Positions 28,124-42,352 of a stretch of 64,000 bases of DNA are shown one piece after another. This DNA comes from the human T2T-CHM13v2.0 reference genome, Homo sapiens. Numbering within the stretch: the first letter of the stretch is position 1; every line of letters starts with the position of its first letter. The position numbers were made by a program, and so were the translations under genes. The stretch lies in NCBI RefSeq assembly GCF_009914755.1, contig NC_060934.1. One strand, 5' to 3'. The notes below the pieces were generated by a model, which made no database searches, was not told the origin of the DNA, and saw nothing but the letters and a program-made list of their open reading frames with translations.

Positions 28124-28554
28124 ATGTTAAGTGAAATAAGCCAGGCACGGAAAGACAAACATCACATGTTCTCACTTATCTGTGAGAACTAAAAATTAAA
28201 AGCAGTTGAACTCATGGAGATAGAGAGTAGAAGAATGGTTACCAGAGGCTGGGAAGGGTAGTAGCGGGGGGATGGTTAATGGGTACGAAAAATAGTTAGA
28301 AAGAATAAATAAGACCTAGTATTTGCTAGCACAACAGGGTGACTATAGTAAAAATTAATGTAATTGTTCATTTTAAAATGACTAAAAGAGTATATTTGGA
28401 TTGCTTGAAACACAAAAGATAAACGCTTGAGGTGATGGACACCCTACTTACCCTGATGTGATTATTATGCATTGCATGCCTGGATCAAAATATCTCATGT
28501 GACCCATAGATATATACACTTATTATGTACCCTCAAAAATTAAAAATTAAAAAA
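28124..28554 (+). mobile_element. L1MA3-like 3' UTR
   Basis: atgttaagtgaaataagccaggcac ... aagacctagtatttg ... gaggtgatgga...ttaccctgatgtg; TSD ataaatgctag on both sides. Confidence 0.9.
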
Positions 28555-28637
28555 ATAAATGCTAGTAAACCACAGATGGTAAGTCTTAGGAAATCTTGCA
28601 TCACATTAAATTCTGTTTCTCACACAGTCTTTGTCAT

Positions 28638-28735
28638 CCAGTGTATATTTTGCATTTATAGCACGTCTCAATTAGATTAACCTCCTTTCAAGTTCTCAAT
28701 TGCTATGTGAAGCCACCATATTCGACAGTTCAGGA
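28638..28735. mobile_element. hAT-Charlie fragment (MER3/MER33-like)
   Basis: gtgtatattttgcatttatagcacgtctcaatt ... tttcaagttctcaat ... ccaccatattcgacag. Confidence 0.5.
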
Positions 28736-29554
28736 TTGTGCAATTTCCACCTTCCCATTCCCAGTTGAGTAATTCTTATCTGGAGATGATCTCAGCTGGA
28801 AAAAGGGAATCTCTGCATTTTGCTTGTCAGTCCTGAGGCCAGTGACAGCTGTGCTTTTCTACGTTACTAAAAGAAGGTTTGGCATCAATGTTTAAAAAAA
28901 TATAAAAAAGTGCATCTCTCATCCTGAGAGTCAACTTGAGCAAATGCAATCAGTCAGTCTTTCTCTAACCCTTGTGTAAATCTGGAATGTGTTTCTTTCT
29001 GCAGTTTGACATGAGACCCGTCTCTAGATTGTAAAAATCAAACAAAACTGTCTGACCCTGAAATTGATTCTGCAGCCTTTCCAAGTCCAAGGACTTGCTT
29101 CCCTGGGCAATTGTGAGGCTCTCGTTTTAGTGCCTCAGAGAAGCAGAGAAAATACAGATACAGACAGAACGAGATAATAGTAATAGCAATAGAATCAATA
29201 ACTACACTTTCACTAGCATACGTTCTAGCATTTTCTGAGGCCTATGTGCCAAGAAGTGTGCTGTCTTAGATATCCATCATCTGATTTAATAGAATATAGT
29301 ATTTTAAAAATTGGATCTCCTGAGGTTTTACAGAAAGACCCTTATTTAGATGAGCTCTTTTAAAAACTAAGGTCAATCAAATTAGATACAGCACTACTAG
29401 CTTGCATTGTCAACCACATTAAATGTAATTTTCTTAAAGGATACCTTTCTACCCTCAAAAGCTCATGCACACTAAGGTTGACTTTTCTTTATAATCTTCC
29501 TAACTACAGAATATTATTACTGTTATTTTAATGTTCAATTTTTAAATTATTTGA

Positions 29555-29795
29555 AAGCATTTATTGAGCAGTTACAATATGCTGGGCACTGACCTAAGTA
29601 CTTTATCTACATTATCTCATTTAATCCCTATGGAAACTAAATAGTAGACATTTATATTGTCATTATATTCATTTGTTAGATTCATTTACATATGGAAAAA
29701 TAGATGCTCAGTGATGTTAACAACAAAATGAAGAAAAATAAGCCACTTCCATTTTCACAAAGACACTAATTGACAGAGGTGGAACTCAAACCTGA
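29555..29795 (-). mobile_element. MIR
   Basis: catttattgagc ... gctgggcactg ... attatctcatttaatcc. Confidence 0.7.
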
Positions 29796-30009
29796 AAAAG
29801 TTTTTGTGAGCATACTATTAGCGAATAAAATATTGCTACGATATGATATATTTATGCATAGCACAGTAATTTGTTTCCTCAAAAATTATATGAAATAATT
29901 ACCTTTTTATCTCTTCATCGTGGAAAAATTAGCCTAGATTACAAAAATCAAGGCAAGAAGTTGTTTTTGTTTCAAATAGCACTAGACTTATTTAGTTATT
30001 AAATAGTTC

Positions 30010-30225
30010 AATATTGGATAAAAGTGTAAGCTCCAGAATTAGATGACCTATATTCAGACTCTAATAATTTCCAGCTGAGTAATCAAGAACAAGTTATTTA
30101 ACTCCCCTAAACCTCATTTTTCCCATCTGCAAAATGGAAGTAATAACTGCAATAGATTAATGCAGTTAGCACTGTGTCATACACATAGTAAGACCTTCAT
30201 GAGTATTAGGTTGGTTGTTATAATA
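30010..30225 (+). mobile_element. MIR
   Basis: caagttatttaactccc...cctcattttt cccatctgcaaaatgg ... acatagtaag. Confidence 0.75.
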
Positions 30226-30321
30226 ATAAGAATTAAAATCTTATATATTTCTGCATTCTACAAGAAGTTCACAATACCTGGAGAAGGATGCTCTTTTTCT
30301 TTTTTCTAAATTGATATGTCA

Positions 30322-30603
30322 GGCTGGACACAGTGGCTTCCACCTGTAATCCCAGCACTTTGGGAAGCCAAGGCAGGAGGGTCACTTGAAGCTAAGATGG
30401 GTCTAGAGACCTTGTCTTTACAAAGAAAATTGTTTTAGTTAGCTGGGCATGGTGGCACGTGCCTGTAGTCCCAGCTACTCAGGAGGCTGATGCAGAAGAT
30501 TGCTTGAGCCCAGGAGTTTGAGGCTACAGTGAGTTATAAGCACATCGCTGAACTCCAGTCTGGGTGACAAAGCAAGTCCCTGTCTCTAAAAATAAAATAA
30601 AAT
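30322..30603 (+). mobile_element. AluJ with small left-monomer deletion
   Basis: J-type gagcccaggagtttgaggctacagtgag; degenerate TSD aattgatatgtca/aatttatatgcca. Confidence 0.9.
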
Positions 30604-31100
30604 AATTTATATGCCATAGTAGTACATATCTTTGGGATGCATGTGATACTTTGATACATGTCTACAATGTGGAATGATTACATCAGAGTAATTGGGATAT
30701 CCATCTCCTCAAACATTTATTTTTTCTTTGTGTTGGGAATATTACAATTCTTCTAGCTATTTTGAAATATACAACAAATTATTATTAACTGTATAACTAT
30801 AAAATACTATACTATTGAACACTAGAACTGATAGCTTCTCTCTCTTTATTTTTGTACCCATTAACCAACTGTTCTTCATTCCCCATCCTTCCTTTCCTTC
30901 CAGGCCTCTAGTAACCACCATTCTACTTTCAACCAACATGAGATCCACCTTTTTAGCTCCCACGTGTGAAAGGAAACATGTGATGTTTGTCTTTCTGTGC
31001 TGTGCTTATTTCACTTAACACAGTGACCTCCAGTTCCATCTACATTGCTGCAAACGACAAGATTTTATCCTTTGTTATAGCCCATTAAGGTTCCATTGTG

Positions 31101-31548
<448 letters not shown>

Positions 31549-31893
31549 TCATGTAGTAGTTCTCTTTTTAGGCTTTTGAGGAATCGCCATAATGTTTTCT
31601 GTAATAGCTGTACTAATTTACACTCCCACCAACAGCATAAAAGAGAACCCCTTTCTTTACATCCTCTCCAGTACTTGTTATCCTTTCTCTTTTTATAGCC
31701 ATTCGAACTAGGGTGAGATGATATCTGTTTGTGGTTTTAATTTGCATTTCCCTAATAATTAGTGATTTTGAGCATTTTTTGAAATACACCTGTTTGCCAT
31801 TTGTAGCTCTTTTTTCCAGAAATATCTATTCAGGTCTTTTACCCACTTTTAAATTTGATGATAATGATTTTTTTGAAGTGATTGAATTGTTTG

Positions 31894-32132
31894 AGTTTGT
31901 TTTGTTTTGTTTTGAGACAGAGTCTCGCTCTGTCACCCAGGCTGGAGTACAATGGTGTGATCTCAGCTCACTGCAACCTCTGCCTCCTGGGTTCAAGCAA
32001 TCTTTGTATTTTTAGTAGAGACGCAGTTTCACCATGTTGGCCAGGCTGGTCTCGAACTCCTGACCTCAAGTGAAACGCCTGCCTCATTCTCCCAAAGTGT
32101 TGGGATTACAGGCGTTAGCCACCGTGCCTGGC
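31894..32132 (-). mobile_element. AluS (Sz-like) with ~60-bp internal deletion
   Basis: Jumps from gttcaagcaat directly to tttgtatttttagtagagac; ctcaagtga. Confidence 0.9.
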
Positions 32133-33767
32133 TCTTCAAGTTTTTCAGTGTATCCCTTGTCAGATGGATAGTTTACAAATATATTCTTCGATACTGTAGG
32201 TTTTCTCTTCGCTTTGTTGTTTCATTTGCTATGCAGAAGCTTTTTAGCCCATTGTAATTCCATTTTCCTATATTTGCTTTTGTTGCTTGTGCTTTGTAGG
32301 TCTTACCCAAAAAATCTTGACCCAGGCCAATGTCCTATAACGTTTCTCCAATATTTTCTTCTAGTAGTTTTATAGTTTCTTTCCTGACTGTGCAGGGACT
32401 TGCTGGGAGACGCAAGCCTCTCTGAGCCAACAAGACCTGGTCCCCCAGTGTTGGCCTGACAGCAACCTCCTCAGGGGCCCAGTCTCAGCTCCAACCATTC
32501 TACTGCATTCCATCTGTGCTGAAACCTGCTGGGAGACATGCACCAGCCTGAGCCAAGGAGAAAGGGGTCTCCTTTTTGGTTTTAGAAAAGAGAGGGAGAG
32601 GATACTGTTTTCTGAGTACTGACTTTGATGAGGTGCCAAGCAACCTTAGAAAGCTGCTCATCTGTCTCATCTTGTGTCACATGTCAAGAGTTTCCCACTT
32701 TTGCACTAGGTGTTTGTAGCATTAACCTAAGTCCTTTGGATTGCCTAATAACACTAGACCTGAAGCAGTTGAATAGACTTATGATTATGTGTTTCTATTA
32801 AAGAACTTAGATACCTATCTGAAATGTAATAGTTTGCAAGTTCCCAATTTAATTTACTATTCATACTTTAAATTAGTTAGGAAGACTGGAAGAAGTTTAA
32901 ATGCAACTACTGACCTCATTTCAGTTTTCAAGTCAACTTGCAAATTTTTCAAGTGACAGCACTTTTGAGATAACGGAGTTATAGGTTTATCAGCATGGGT
33001 CTGGATATAAGGTCTGGCATTCCTATGGCTATTTAAATTGCTCCAGACACATATTTCTGAAAATTATGATGATAGGAGTAAATAAGTTTCTGGGACATAA
33101 TGACATCAATTCTGTAGTAAATTCTTTTTTCATTAATATCCTGCAAATTATCAAATTAATGGATAAAATACCCAAGTAATTACTCCAGAGAATATACAAG
33201 ATGCATTTTAAGTTTGCTAGCTTTGCCTTTAAAAAATAGCTAATTTTCTTTCTTGATGTATGGGCAAGAAGAGATTGGCTAGAGTAAAAACAAAGTTACT
33301 TTCAACATAACGATTTCTTTATCATAAATACAAGCCTCAGCTCACTGACTGTCATGTGATTTTAAAGAATAGCTTTCCCAGTGTTTTCCCTTTGGGACAC
33401 AGATTATTTAAGTGCTGAATACAGTAACTTAAATATCTTCTTCAACATAGAATAAAAATCTTGACTTTTTTCATTAGGTTAGAATTAGTGCATAGAAGCT
33501 AAGAAATAGTAAAACTTATGTAATCACATTATGCTTGGGAAACTGTTTTCTTGCAAACAAAGGTATTTGTCTCTTATTTATTGTGTTGATCATGAAAATA
33601 GTATCTCTACCCTGAGGTGTTACAAAAAATTAATCAAGTCAGCATGTATACTGCATATGTGTCTTCTGGAATATTTACCATTTAATCAAGAACCTAAAAA
33701 ATATATAACCTAGCTCCCAAAAAGTAACATCAGTGGTTAATTGTCAGGTTAAAGAAAAGTAAAATAA

Positions 33768-34067
33768 GGCTGGGCATGGTGGCTCACGCCTGTAATCCCA
33801 GCACTTTGGGAGGTCGAGGTGGGTGGATCATTTGAGATCAGGAGTTCATGAGCAGCCTGGCCAACATGAAGAAACCCTGTCTCTACTGAAAATACGAAAA
33901 AGTTAGCCAGTCCTGGTGGTGTGCAGTTGTAATCCCAGCTACTCGGGAGCCTGAGATAGGAGGATTGCTTGAACTCGGGAGGCAGAGGTCTCAGTGAGCC
34001 AGGATCGCACCACTGTACTCCAGTCTGGGCTACAGAGTGAGACTCAATCTCAAAAAAAAAAAAAAAA
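33768..34067 (+). mobile_element. AluS (old Sx/Sz-like)
   Basis: Full Alu with A tail; TSD aaaagtaaa(a/c)taa. Confidence 0.92.
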
Positions 34068-34162
34068 GTAAACTAAAACAAGATAGCAAAAAATGTGTTT
34101 CTCTTTTCTTTTTTAAAAATGTTTTTAAAAAATTAAAGAATTAACAGATAAAATTGCACGTA

Positions 34163-34507
34163 CAGACATGTGTCACTTAAGGTCAGAGATATGTTCAAAG
34201 AAATGCATTGTTAGGTAATTTTATTGTGCAGACATCATAGAGTATATTTACAAAAGCCTGGATGCTATAACCTACTACACACCTAAGGTATGCAATACAG
34301 CCTATTGCTTTGAGGCTACAAACCTGTACAGTGTGTTACTCTACTGAATATTTTAGGCCATTTTAACACAATGATAAGTATCTGAGTATATAAATATGTC
34401 TAAACATAGAAAGACACAGTAGAAACACAGTATTACAATCTAATTGAGATCACCATCATATATATGATTCATCACTGACCGAAATATCATTATGTGGCAC
34501 ATGACTG
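34163..34507 (-). mobile_element. Tigger3a (MER7A-like) DNA transposon
   Basis: TA-cagacatgtgtcacttaa ... ttatgtggcacatgactg-TA terminal inverted repeats; internal ggctacaaacctgtacag; 345 bp. Confidence 0.9.
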
Positions 34508-35481
34508 TATTTACCATGCAAAAAATGATAGTTTGAAGTATATATACATTGTGGAATGACTAAGTCTAGCTAATTACCATATGCATTACCACAGGTAGTT
34601 ACCATTTTTGTGGTGAGAACACTTTATATCTATTAGCATTTTTCAAGAACACGGGAATATTATTAACCATAGTCATGAGGTTATACAATAGATTTCTTGA
34701 CCTTATTCCTCCTACATTACTGAAATTTTGTATCCTTCGACCAATATCTTCTCAACCGCTTCCAAAATCCCTCCCCACTCCAGCCCCTGGTAGCCACCAT
34801 TCTACTTTTTACTTTTGTGAGATAAGTTTTTTAGATTCTACATATAAGTGAGATCATGCAATAAATTTCTTTCTGTGCCTGGCTTATTTCACTTAACGTG
34901 ATGTCTTGTAGGTTCATCCATGTTGTCTCAAGTGACAAGATTTCCTTCTTTTTAGAAGGTTGAATAGTATTCCATTGTACATGTTTGTGACATTTTCTGT
35001 ATCCATTCATCCACTGATGGACACTTCGGTTGATTCCATAGCTTGGCTATTGTGAATAGTGCTGCAATGAACACGGAAGTGCAAATATCTCTTCAATATA
35101 CTAATTTTATTTCCTTTGGATATATACCTAGTGTTGGTGTATATTGGTATATAAGTGTATATACATTGGCATTGATGGATTATATGGTACTTCTATTTTT
35201 AACTTTTTGAAGAAACTTTATACTGTTTTTCATAATGGCTGTATTAATTTACATTCACACCAAAGTACACCAGGATTTCCTTTTCTCCACATCTTCGGTG
35301 ATACTTGTTATCTTTTGTCTTTTTGATCATAGCCATTCTAACAAGTGTGAAGTGATACCACACTGGAATTTTAATTTGCATTTCTCTGATGATTAGTGAT
35401 GTTGAGCATTTTTTAATATACCTGTTGGCCATTTGTTTGTCTTATTTTGAGAAATGTCTATTCAGGATCTTTGCCTATTTT

Positions 35482-35550
35482 GGGGAGATATTAGGTACAT
35501 TTTATTTTTTTATTTGTTTTTTATTTCAGAAGGTTTTTGGGGAACAGGCG
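35482..35550 (-). mobile_element. Micro-insertion of an L1PB1-like 3' tip with poly(A) and an extra 18 nt
   Basis: tttatttcagaaggtttttggggaacagg resembles the antisense L1PB1 terminus; flanked by ttgcctatttt and ttgcccatttt. Confidence 0.65.
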
Positions 35551-36671
35551 TTGCCCATTTTTAATGGAGTTACTTGTACTCTTGCTATTAAATTGTCTTA
35601 GTTTCTTACATATTTTAGGCATAGTTTGCAAATATTTTCTCCCATTCTGTAGATTGCCTCTTCACACTGTTGATTATTTCTTTGCTATGTAGATGCTTTT
35701 TATTTTGATGTAATTTGTCTATTTTTGATTTTGTTGCCATTGCCTTTGGTGTCATATCCAAAAATTCATTGCCCAGGCCAATGTCATGGAACCTTTTCCC
35801 TAGGTTTTCTTCTAATAGTTTTATAGTTTTTGGCTTTACATTTAAGTATTTAAATCATTTTTAGTTTATTTTTGTATATGATGTGAGATAAGGGTCTAAT
35901 TTCATTCTTCTACATGTGGATATTCAGTTTCCCCTGCACCATTTATTGAAGAGAACGCCCCTTTGCCCTTATATACTCTTGGTGCCTTTGTCATAAATCA
36001 GTTGGCTGTAAATGTGGAGATTTATTTCTGCCCTGTCTCTTCTGTTCCATTGGTCTATGTGTCTGTTTTGTCATACAAAAGACATAAGTAATTTACAAAT
36101 ACCATTACAGTATTAGAGTATTGTGAATTTAACTGTGTACTTATTTTTACCAGCGGGTTTTATACTTTCAGAGTTTTTGTGATACTCACTAGCTTTTGTG
36201 CTTTCAGCTTAAAGAATTCTGTCTAGCACTTTTTGTAATGAAGTAGGTGGTAATGAACCCCCTCAACTTTTGTTTTTCTGAAAATGTCTTTAATTCTCCT
36301 TCATTTCTGAAGGACAGCTTTGCTGGCTACAGTATTCTTAGCTGGGTTCCTTGTTTTTTGTTTTTTTGTTTGTTTGTTTGTTAGTTTTAACAATTTAAGT
36401 ATGCCATCCCACTCTCTCCTGGCCTGTAAGATTTTTGCTGCGAAGTCTTCTGCTAGCTGTATTATAATTTTTTATAAGTTATTTGCTTCATTTCTCTTGC
36501 TGCTTTCAGGCTCTTCTCTTTGGCTTTGATTTTTGAGTTTGATTGTACTATGTCTTAGGGAAATCTTTTTTTTTTTTTTTGGATTAGATATGATTGGAGA
36601 CTTTTGGCCTTGTACTTAGATACTTACATCATTCTCCAGATTGAGAAAGTTTTCTGCAACTGTTTTTTTAA

Positions 36672-37094
<423 letters not shown>

Positions 37095-39534
37095 TGATGC
37101 TGTTCCATACATCTTGTAAGCTAGAAATATTACAAGAATTTCTTTACTTTTCGTATTTTTTCTCATCTGACTGTATATTTCCATGTATTTCTGACTGTAT
37201 GTTTTCAGTTTCACAGATTGTTTCTTCTGCATGATCTTTTCTACTGTCAATGACCTCTATTGCATTTTTTCATTTTGTATTGTTTTCTTCCAAGATTTCT
37301 GTTTGACTTTTTTCAAATCCTGTATTAAATTTATCATTCTGGTCACATTGATTTCTTCATTTGGTGAATTGTTTCTTTATATTTTCTTGGAGTTTGCTGA
37401 GCCTTCTTAAAAGAACTATTTTGAATCTTTTTCAAGCAATTATGTTTGTTTAGTGATATGATATTTCCCCAATAGTTCTTGATCCTTGTGTCTGCATATT
37501 TGAGGAATTAGGTATTTATTCCAGTCTTTGAAGACTGGCTTTGTTAGGAAAAGCCCTGTGGCAGGTACAGCACTGAGGTGTATCAGAAGCTGGGGCAGCT
37601 GTGGGTGGCACGGTGCTCCTCATAGTCTCAGGTGTGCCACAGCAGTTGCAGTCCTGGGGTAGTTCAGAAGGCCAGGACAGATGTGGCTAGCATGGTGCTT
37701 CATTCAAAAAGCCTGTGGCTCTCTGTCGTAGGCATGGTGCTGGGGTGGCAGAAGCCCTTGGCAGATGGTGCTTCCAGAATCCTTGGGACCACTACAGCCC
37801 ACCCAGTACTGGAACAAGCTAGAAACATCGGTCAGAGGTACCTGGCATGGAATTAGGGCATACTAGAAGCCAGAGGCCACTGCGGCCAGGACTGCCTGCT
37901 GCTGAGGGATGTCCAGAGCCCAGAGCTGTTGAAGTAAGTCCCATGGTGGTGCAAGCTGGAGACTGGGTTCACCAAGCAAGTGTGAAACTTGGAGCTTCGT
38001 GGTCTCATCTGGTGCCAGAGTGTTCTAGAGGCTCAGTCTGTGAGTACCAGCCTGAAATACAGGTCTGGGGGTTTCTGTCCAGCTGGGTTTTACTGTGGCA
38101 GACCCAGTGTTGGGGTCCAAGGCAAAGTCCTGTGCTCACTTTCCTCTCTTTTCTCCAAGTAGATGGCATTTCTCTCCATGCTTAGCTGTGCAACCTGAGG
38201 TTGGGGGAGGGATGATGTGAGTAATGCAAAATTGCCTTTCTATCATCATCAATGTGTCTTTTCTTATTATTGTGCTGCAACTACATACCGTGACCTCTTA
38301 CCTGGGTTCCTTAGCTTTTGTGAACATATTTTCATGCATGGATATATGTGCAAATCAATGCTTCTCCTGGGGCAAGTATGATCACTGGAGAGTTCCACTC
38401 CATCATCTTTCTCTGCCCCCTAATCTATGGTTTTGTTAAAATGAATAAGAACTATTTCTTATGTCAGCTGGTTTTAGTAGGCCTTTAAGTTGTCATGTGG
38501 CTTAATGGGTGTTTTTGAAGAATAATCCTGAAGGGGAGCAACAAAAAGGTCATGGTTATCATTAATTGTGATTATAATCACCCACAAATATTTACTGAAC
38601 ACCCATTCTGAACAAGGTACTCTCATAAATACAGTCATGCCCTCAACTAAATATTTCTTTGGTAAACATTCTTTTGACATGAAATCTTAATGAAGGGAAA
38701 GACTTACCTCATCAAAATGGATAGATATCCATCAAATCCCTTTAAAAAATATGGAGAAATGTCTGGTATGCTTTTGAAGATTTTTGAAATGATTTTTCTC
38801 TTCCTTAGACCAGTTTTGAAATGCTTTGAAAATGTTTATTTTTACAGGGAAGACATAACACTGAAAACATTATTTGTAGGTAGAATGAGGTCCTAATGAA
38901 ATTCACAGGAGTTCCATGTCAGAAAGTGCATGCAGTGGTGTTCATAATTTCAGGGAGGAAAATGGGCCATGCTATTCCTTATAGAACTTGGTACCGGACC
39001 TCAATTGTGACCAATTCAAATTTTCTACTCCCCTCCACCTAAAAAAATCACACTGAGGAAGGTGAAAAAGATCAGCTTTTTATAACTTTTTAGTAAAATT
39101 TAGTTTAGCAGTGTTGAATATATTTCAAGGGCCAAAATTTAGGTAAAACTATGAGCTATTCAATGGGCAGTTGGGTTAGAGGGAAAATCTATGTATGTAA
39201 AGATAAAAAGTCACAAGGTTAGGTAGTATTAAAGAAAATGAAGATGATGTTAACCCAGTGACTGTAGGGAAACTCTTATGGAGAGGGAGAGAGTTAGTTT
39301 CTGGCTTCTGTTGACCTACTGTTCACTGAATCGATTAGTATAGTTACTTTTTCATACCATCTCACTGGCCTCAACCATTGGCATCTTTGCCTAGAAGGAA
39401 CCACGATTTGGGAAAACATGAAGGACTACTCTCCTTGTGCCCTGTGGAAACAGACCTAAGTTCTGAGTGACCCAGGCAGCCTTCTGTTGGTCTCTCTGAT
39501 TTCCCCATCACTGTAGAGTAGAACAGGGATCAGT

Positions 39535-40150
39535 AATAGTCAACATTTATTCAGTGCTAACTAGAGCAGAGAGTGCTATCTCCTTTAACCTCCTAACAGC
39601 TCTATGAAGTAGGTACAATTATTATCTCATCTTGAAGATGAGGATACTGAGGTTCAGGCAGTTTACATAACTTGCCACAAGCCACAAAACGGTGGGTGGA
39701 CATCATGGTCTTAACTGAAGATATGACATTTTTAACTACTTTCTCAAAGCCATCTCTTAAAGAAGCTGGTATAAGTCTACTCAGTGTTCATGCCCATGGC
39801 TGAAGCAGAAATAGCTTGGGTTTTGAAGATAATGTAAACTCAAATCTCAGCCTAGTTATCTACTCAATGTGTGACACTGGCTATCTAATTCAACCTTCAG
39901 TATTGGTTATCTTAATTGTTGTGAAGATAGTAAACTTAGCTCATGTTAGTGCTTACTATGTGCCAGGCACTGTTTCAAGCACTTTATGAATTAACTTAGT
40001 AGTCTCTACAATATAACTATGAGGAAGATACTGTTATCACCCTCAGTTTTACTAAGGTACATGGTGGTTAAGTGAGTTGCCTGAAGTCACCCAGTAGGAA
40101 AATGGTAAACCTGAGATTCAAACTCGCATAATTTCTAACTGCTCTGGTCT
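39535..40150. mobile_element. Cluster of MIR fragments (-, +, -)
   Basis: gatgaggatactgaggttcagg; gtgcttactatgtgccaggcactgtt; ggttaagtgagttgcctgaagtcac. Confidence 0.7.
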
Positions 40151-40459
40151 TCTGACTGTGGAGAGAAAAAAGCTTAGCACATGTTGACTGTGTAGAACAT
40201 AGCGAGGTGCTCACCCATCATAAATGCCCATCCATTTTCCCTGTTTATCCAAAATGTTTGTATAAAATTATTTCAAATATTTTTTCTGGGTTTCTAAAGG
40301 TAATAGTACTGAAGTGCAAGGCAGCTTCCATGTTCCTCAAATACATCAGTGAACATGATTTTTCATGCTTTCACTGACAGGTATTAGAGATGCTACAGAT
40401 GGAAGACAGAAAATCCAAGCCAGTTCTATCAGGTGGTCCTTCAACATACCTTTCTCTAT

Positions 40460-40766
40460 TGATCCTTTGCTTTAACCTTAATCACCTTATTCTTGTTCTC
40501 TTCACTTTGTACCTGCATCATAGTAACAGCTCCATAACTAGTCTCTCAGCTTCATTTTTGCCCTGCTTAAATTCATTTTTAACAAATTGCACCCAGAGTT
40601 ATTTTTCAAACACACCAATTGTGTCGCTGTTCTTTTAATTGATTCAGACAGCATTTATGATAATGCCGAAACTCTTTAATAAGGCCATTTATGTCTCATC
40701 TCTTGCCTCTGGTCTTCTTCCCATGCTGGTTTTATTGGCTTGTAATAGGAGTCCACTGCCCTTCCT

Positions 40767-40833
<67 letters not shown>

Positions 40834-41115
40834 ACACACACATACAAACACACATGCATTGACCATCTTTGCTTGGGTGTCCCCTTCTACTACTCTTCAG
40901 ATCAGATCTCAACTAAAATGTAAATTCTCCAGGATATATATATTTTCTCCAAGTACAAATCAGATACCTTTCTAAGATATGTGTTATCACACCATCTGAA
41001 ATTAATTTTCTGCCTGCTCTAGAATGCAAGTTATATGAGGGAAGAAACCGTGGCCTGGAATATAATAGACACTCAATAAACATTTATTGTTATAAATGAA
41101 TGAATGAATGATTGA
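40460..41115 (+). mobile_element. L2 3' portion
   Basis: Ends cactcaataaacatttattgttataaatgaatgaatgaatga (L2 (TGAA)n tail). Confidence 0.7.
40764..40853. repeat. (CT)n(CA)n compound microsatellite
   Basis: About 65 bp of polypyrimidine followed by CA repeats. Confidence 0.92.
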
Positions 41116-41638
41116 ATGAAGAGATTCGTAATTAATGAGGTCTAACATAGTAATGGCTTCTTGCAGAACCTCTTCAGCACCACTGTATTTCAAGCAATCT
41201 AATCCTTTGTTCCTCTCTTCCGTGGCCTCTTTTCAGCCAAGCCATACTTTTGCTTACCCCAACTCCAATAAAAGTAATCCGTTTCCAAGGAACAACTTTT
41301 ATCTAGCTAAATTGGCTATGAACTCCCACCCATTTCTGAAATTTTCTGTAATGGCAGAGAGAGGGTAAAGGAGGGAACCAGCAGTTATTGCTTTCACAGA
41401 AACAATAGAGGAGTTAAAGAAGCTTAAACAGGAGCATGGTGACTAAAGGAGCCCTAATTAGAGGAGAGCAGAGGCAGAGGGAATCAGGGTGCCTAAAAGG
41501 GAATGTAGGAGAAGACTTTCAGACAGATGTGATGTCTAGATGTTTGCCTTTTCTATTAAGGGAAAAACAGGAGGACGTGTTTAAAACAAAATATGAGTGC
41601 CTTGATTAAGCAAAAAGGTTTTTCCTGTCAGGTTTCTT

Positions 41639-41851
41639 TTTTTTTTTTTTTTTTTTTTTTGAGACGGAGTCTTGCTCTGTCGCCCAGGCTGGAGTTGGAG
41701 TGCAGTGGCCCTATCTCGGCTCACTGCAAAGCTCCACCTCCCAGGTTCACGCCATTCTCCTGCCTCAGCCACCCGAGGAGCTGGGACTACAGGCGCCCAC
41801 CACCACGCCTGGCTAATTTTTTATATTTTTAGTGGAGACGGGATTTCACCG
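41639..41851 (-). mobile_element. 5'-truncated AluY
   Basis: Poly-T, gttcacgccattctcc (Y type), internal tggag duplication; TSD c(c/t)tgtcaggtttctt at 41624-41638 and 41852-41866. Confidence 0.92.
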
Positions 41852-42176
41852 CTTGTCAGGTTTCTTAATTCCCCCAAATTTTAAAACCTCTGTCTAAATC
41901 TGTAATATTTTAGTTTATCAATGTTCTGTGATTGGTCAACTTCTTATTTTACTTACCATCTTTGTATATTTTAGTTCTGTTGTTTTTGACACATTATATG
42001 AAAGGAGGTTTTTCCCAGACCTAGGAATCTAAGAATAAAACTGAGTTTTTAAACTTTTCTAAAATATTACTTACCAAAATATTTTCCTCTGTCCCATTAC
42101 AAGCTAGTCATTATCTTCTTCTATATCAGAATTTAATATAATTTAGGTACACTTTTAAATTCATTTATGCTACATA

Positions 42177-42352
<176 letters not shown>

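Noticed and set aside
37847-38185. GC-rich 112-aa ORF and neighbouring 37632-37856
   Set aside because: Inside the decayed L1 5' UTR-like region; no recognisable protein similarity.
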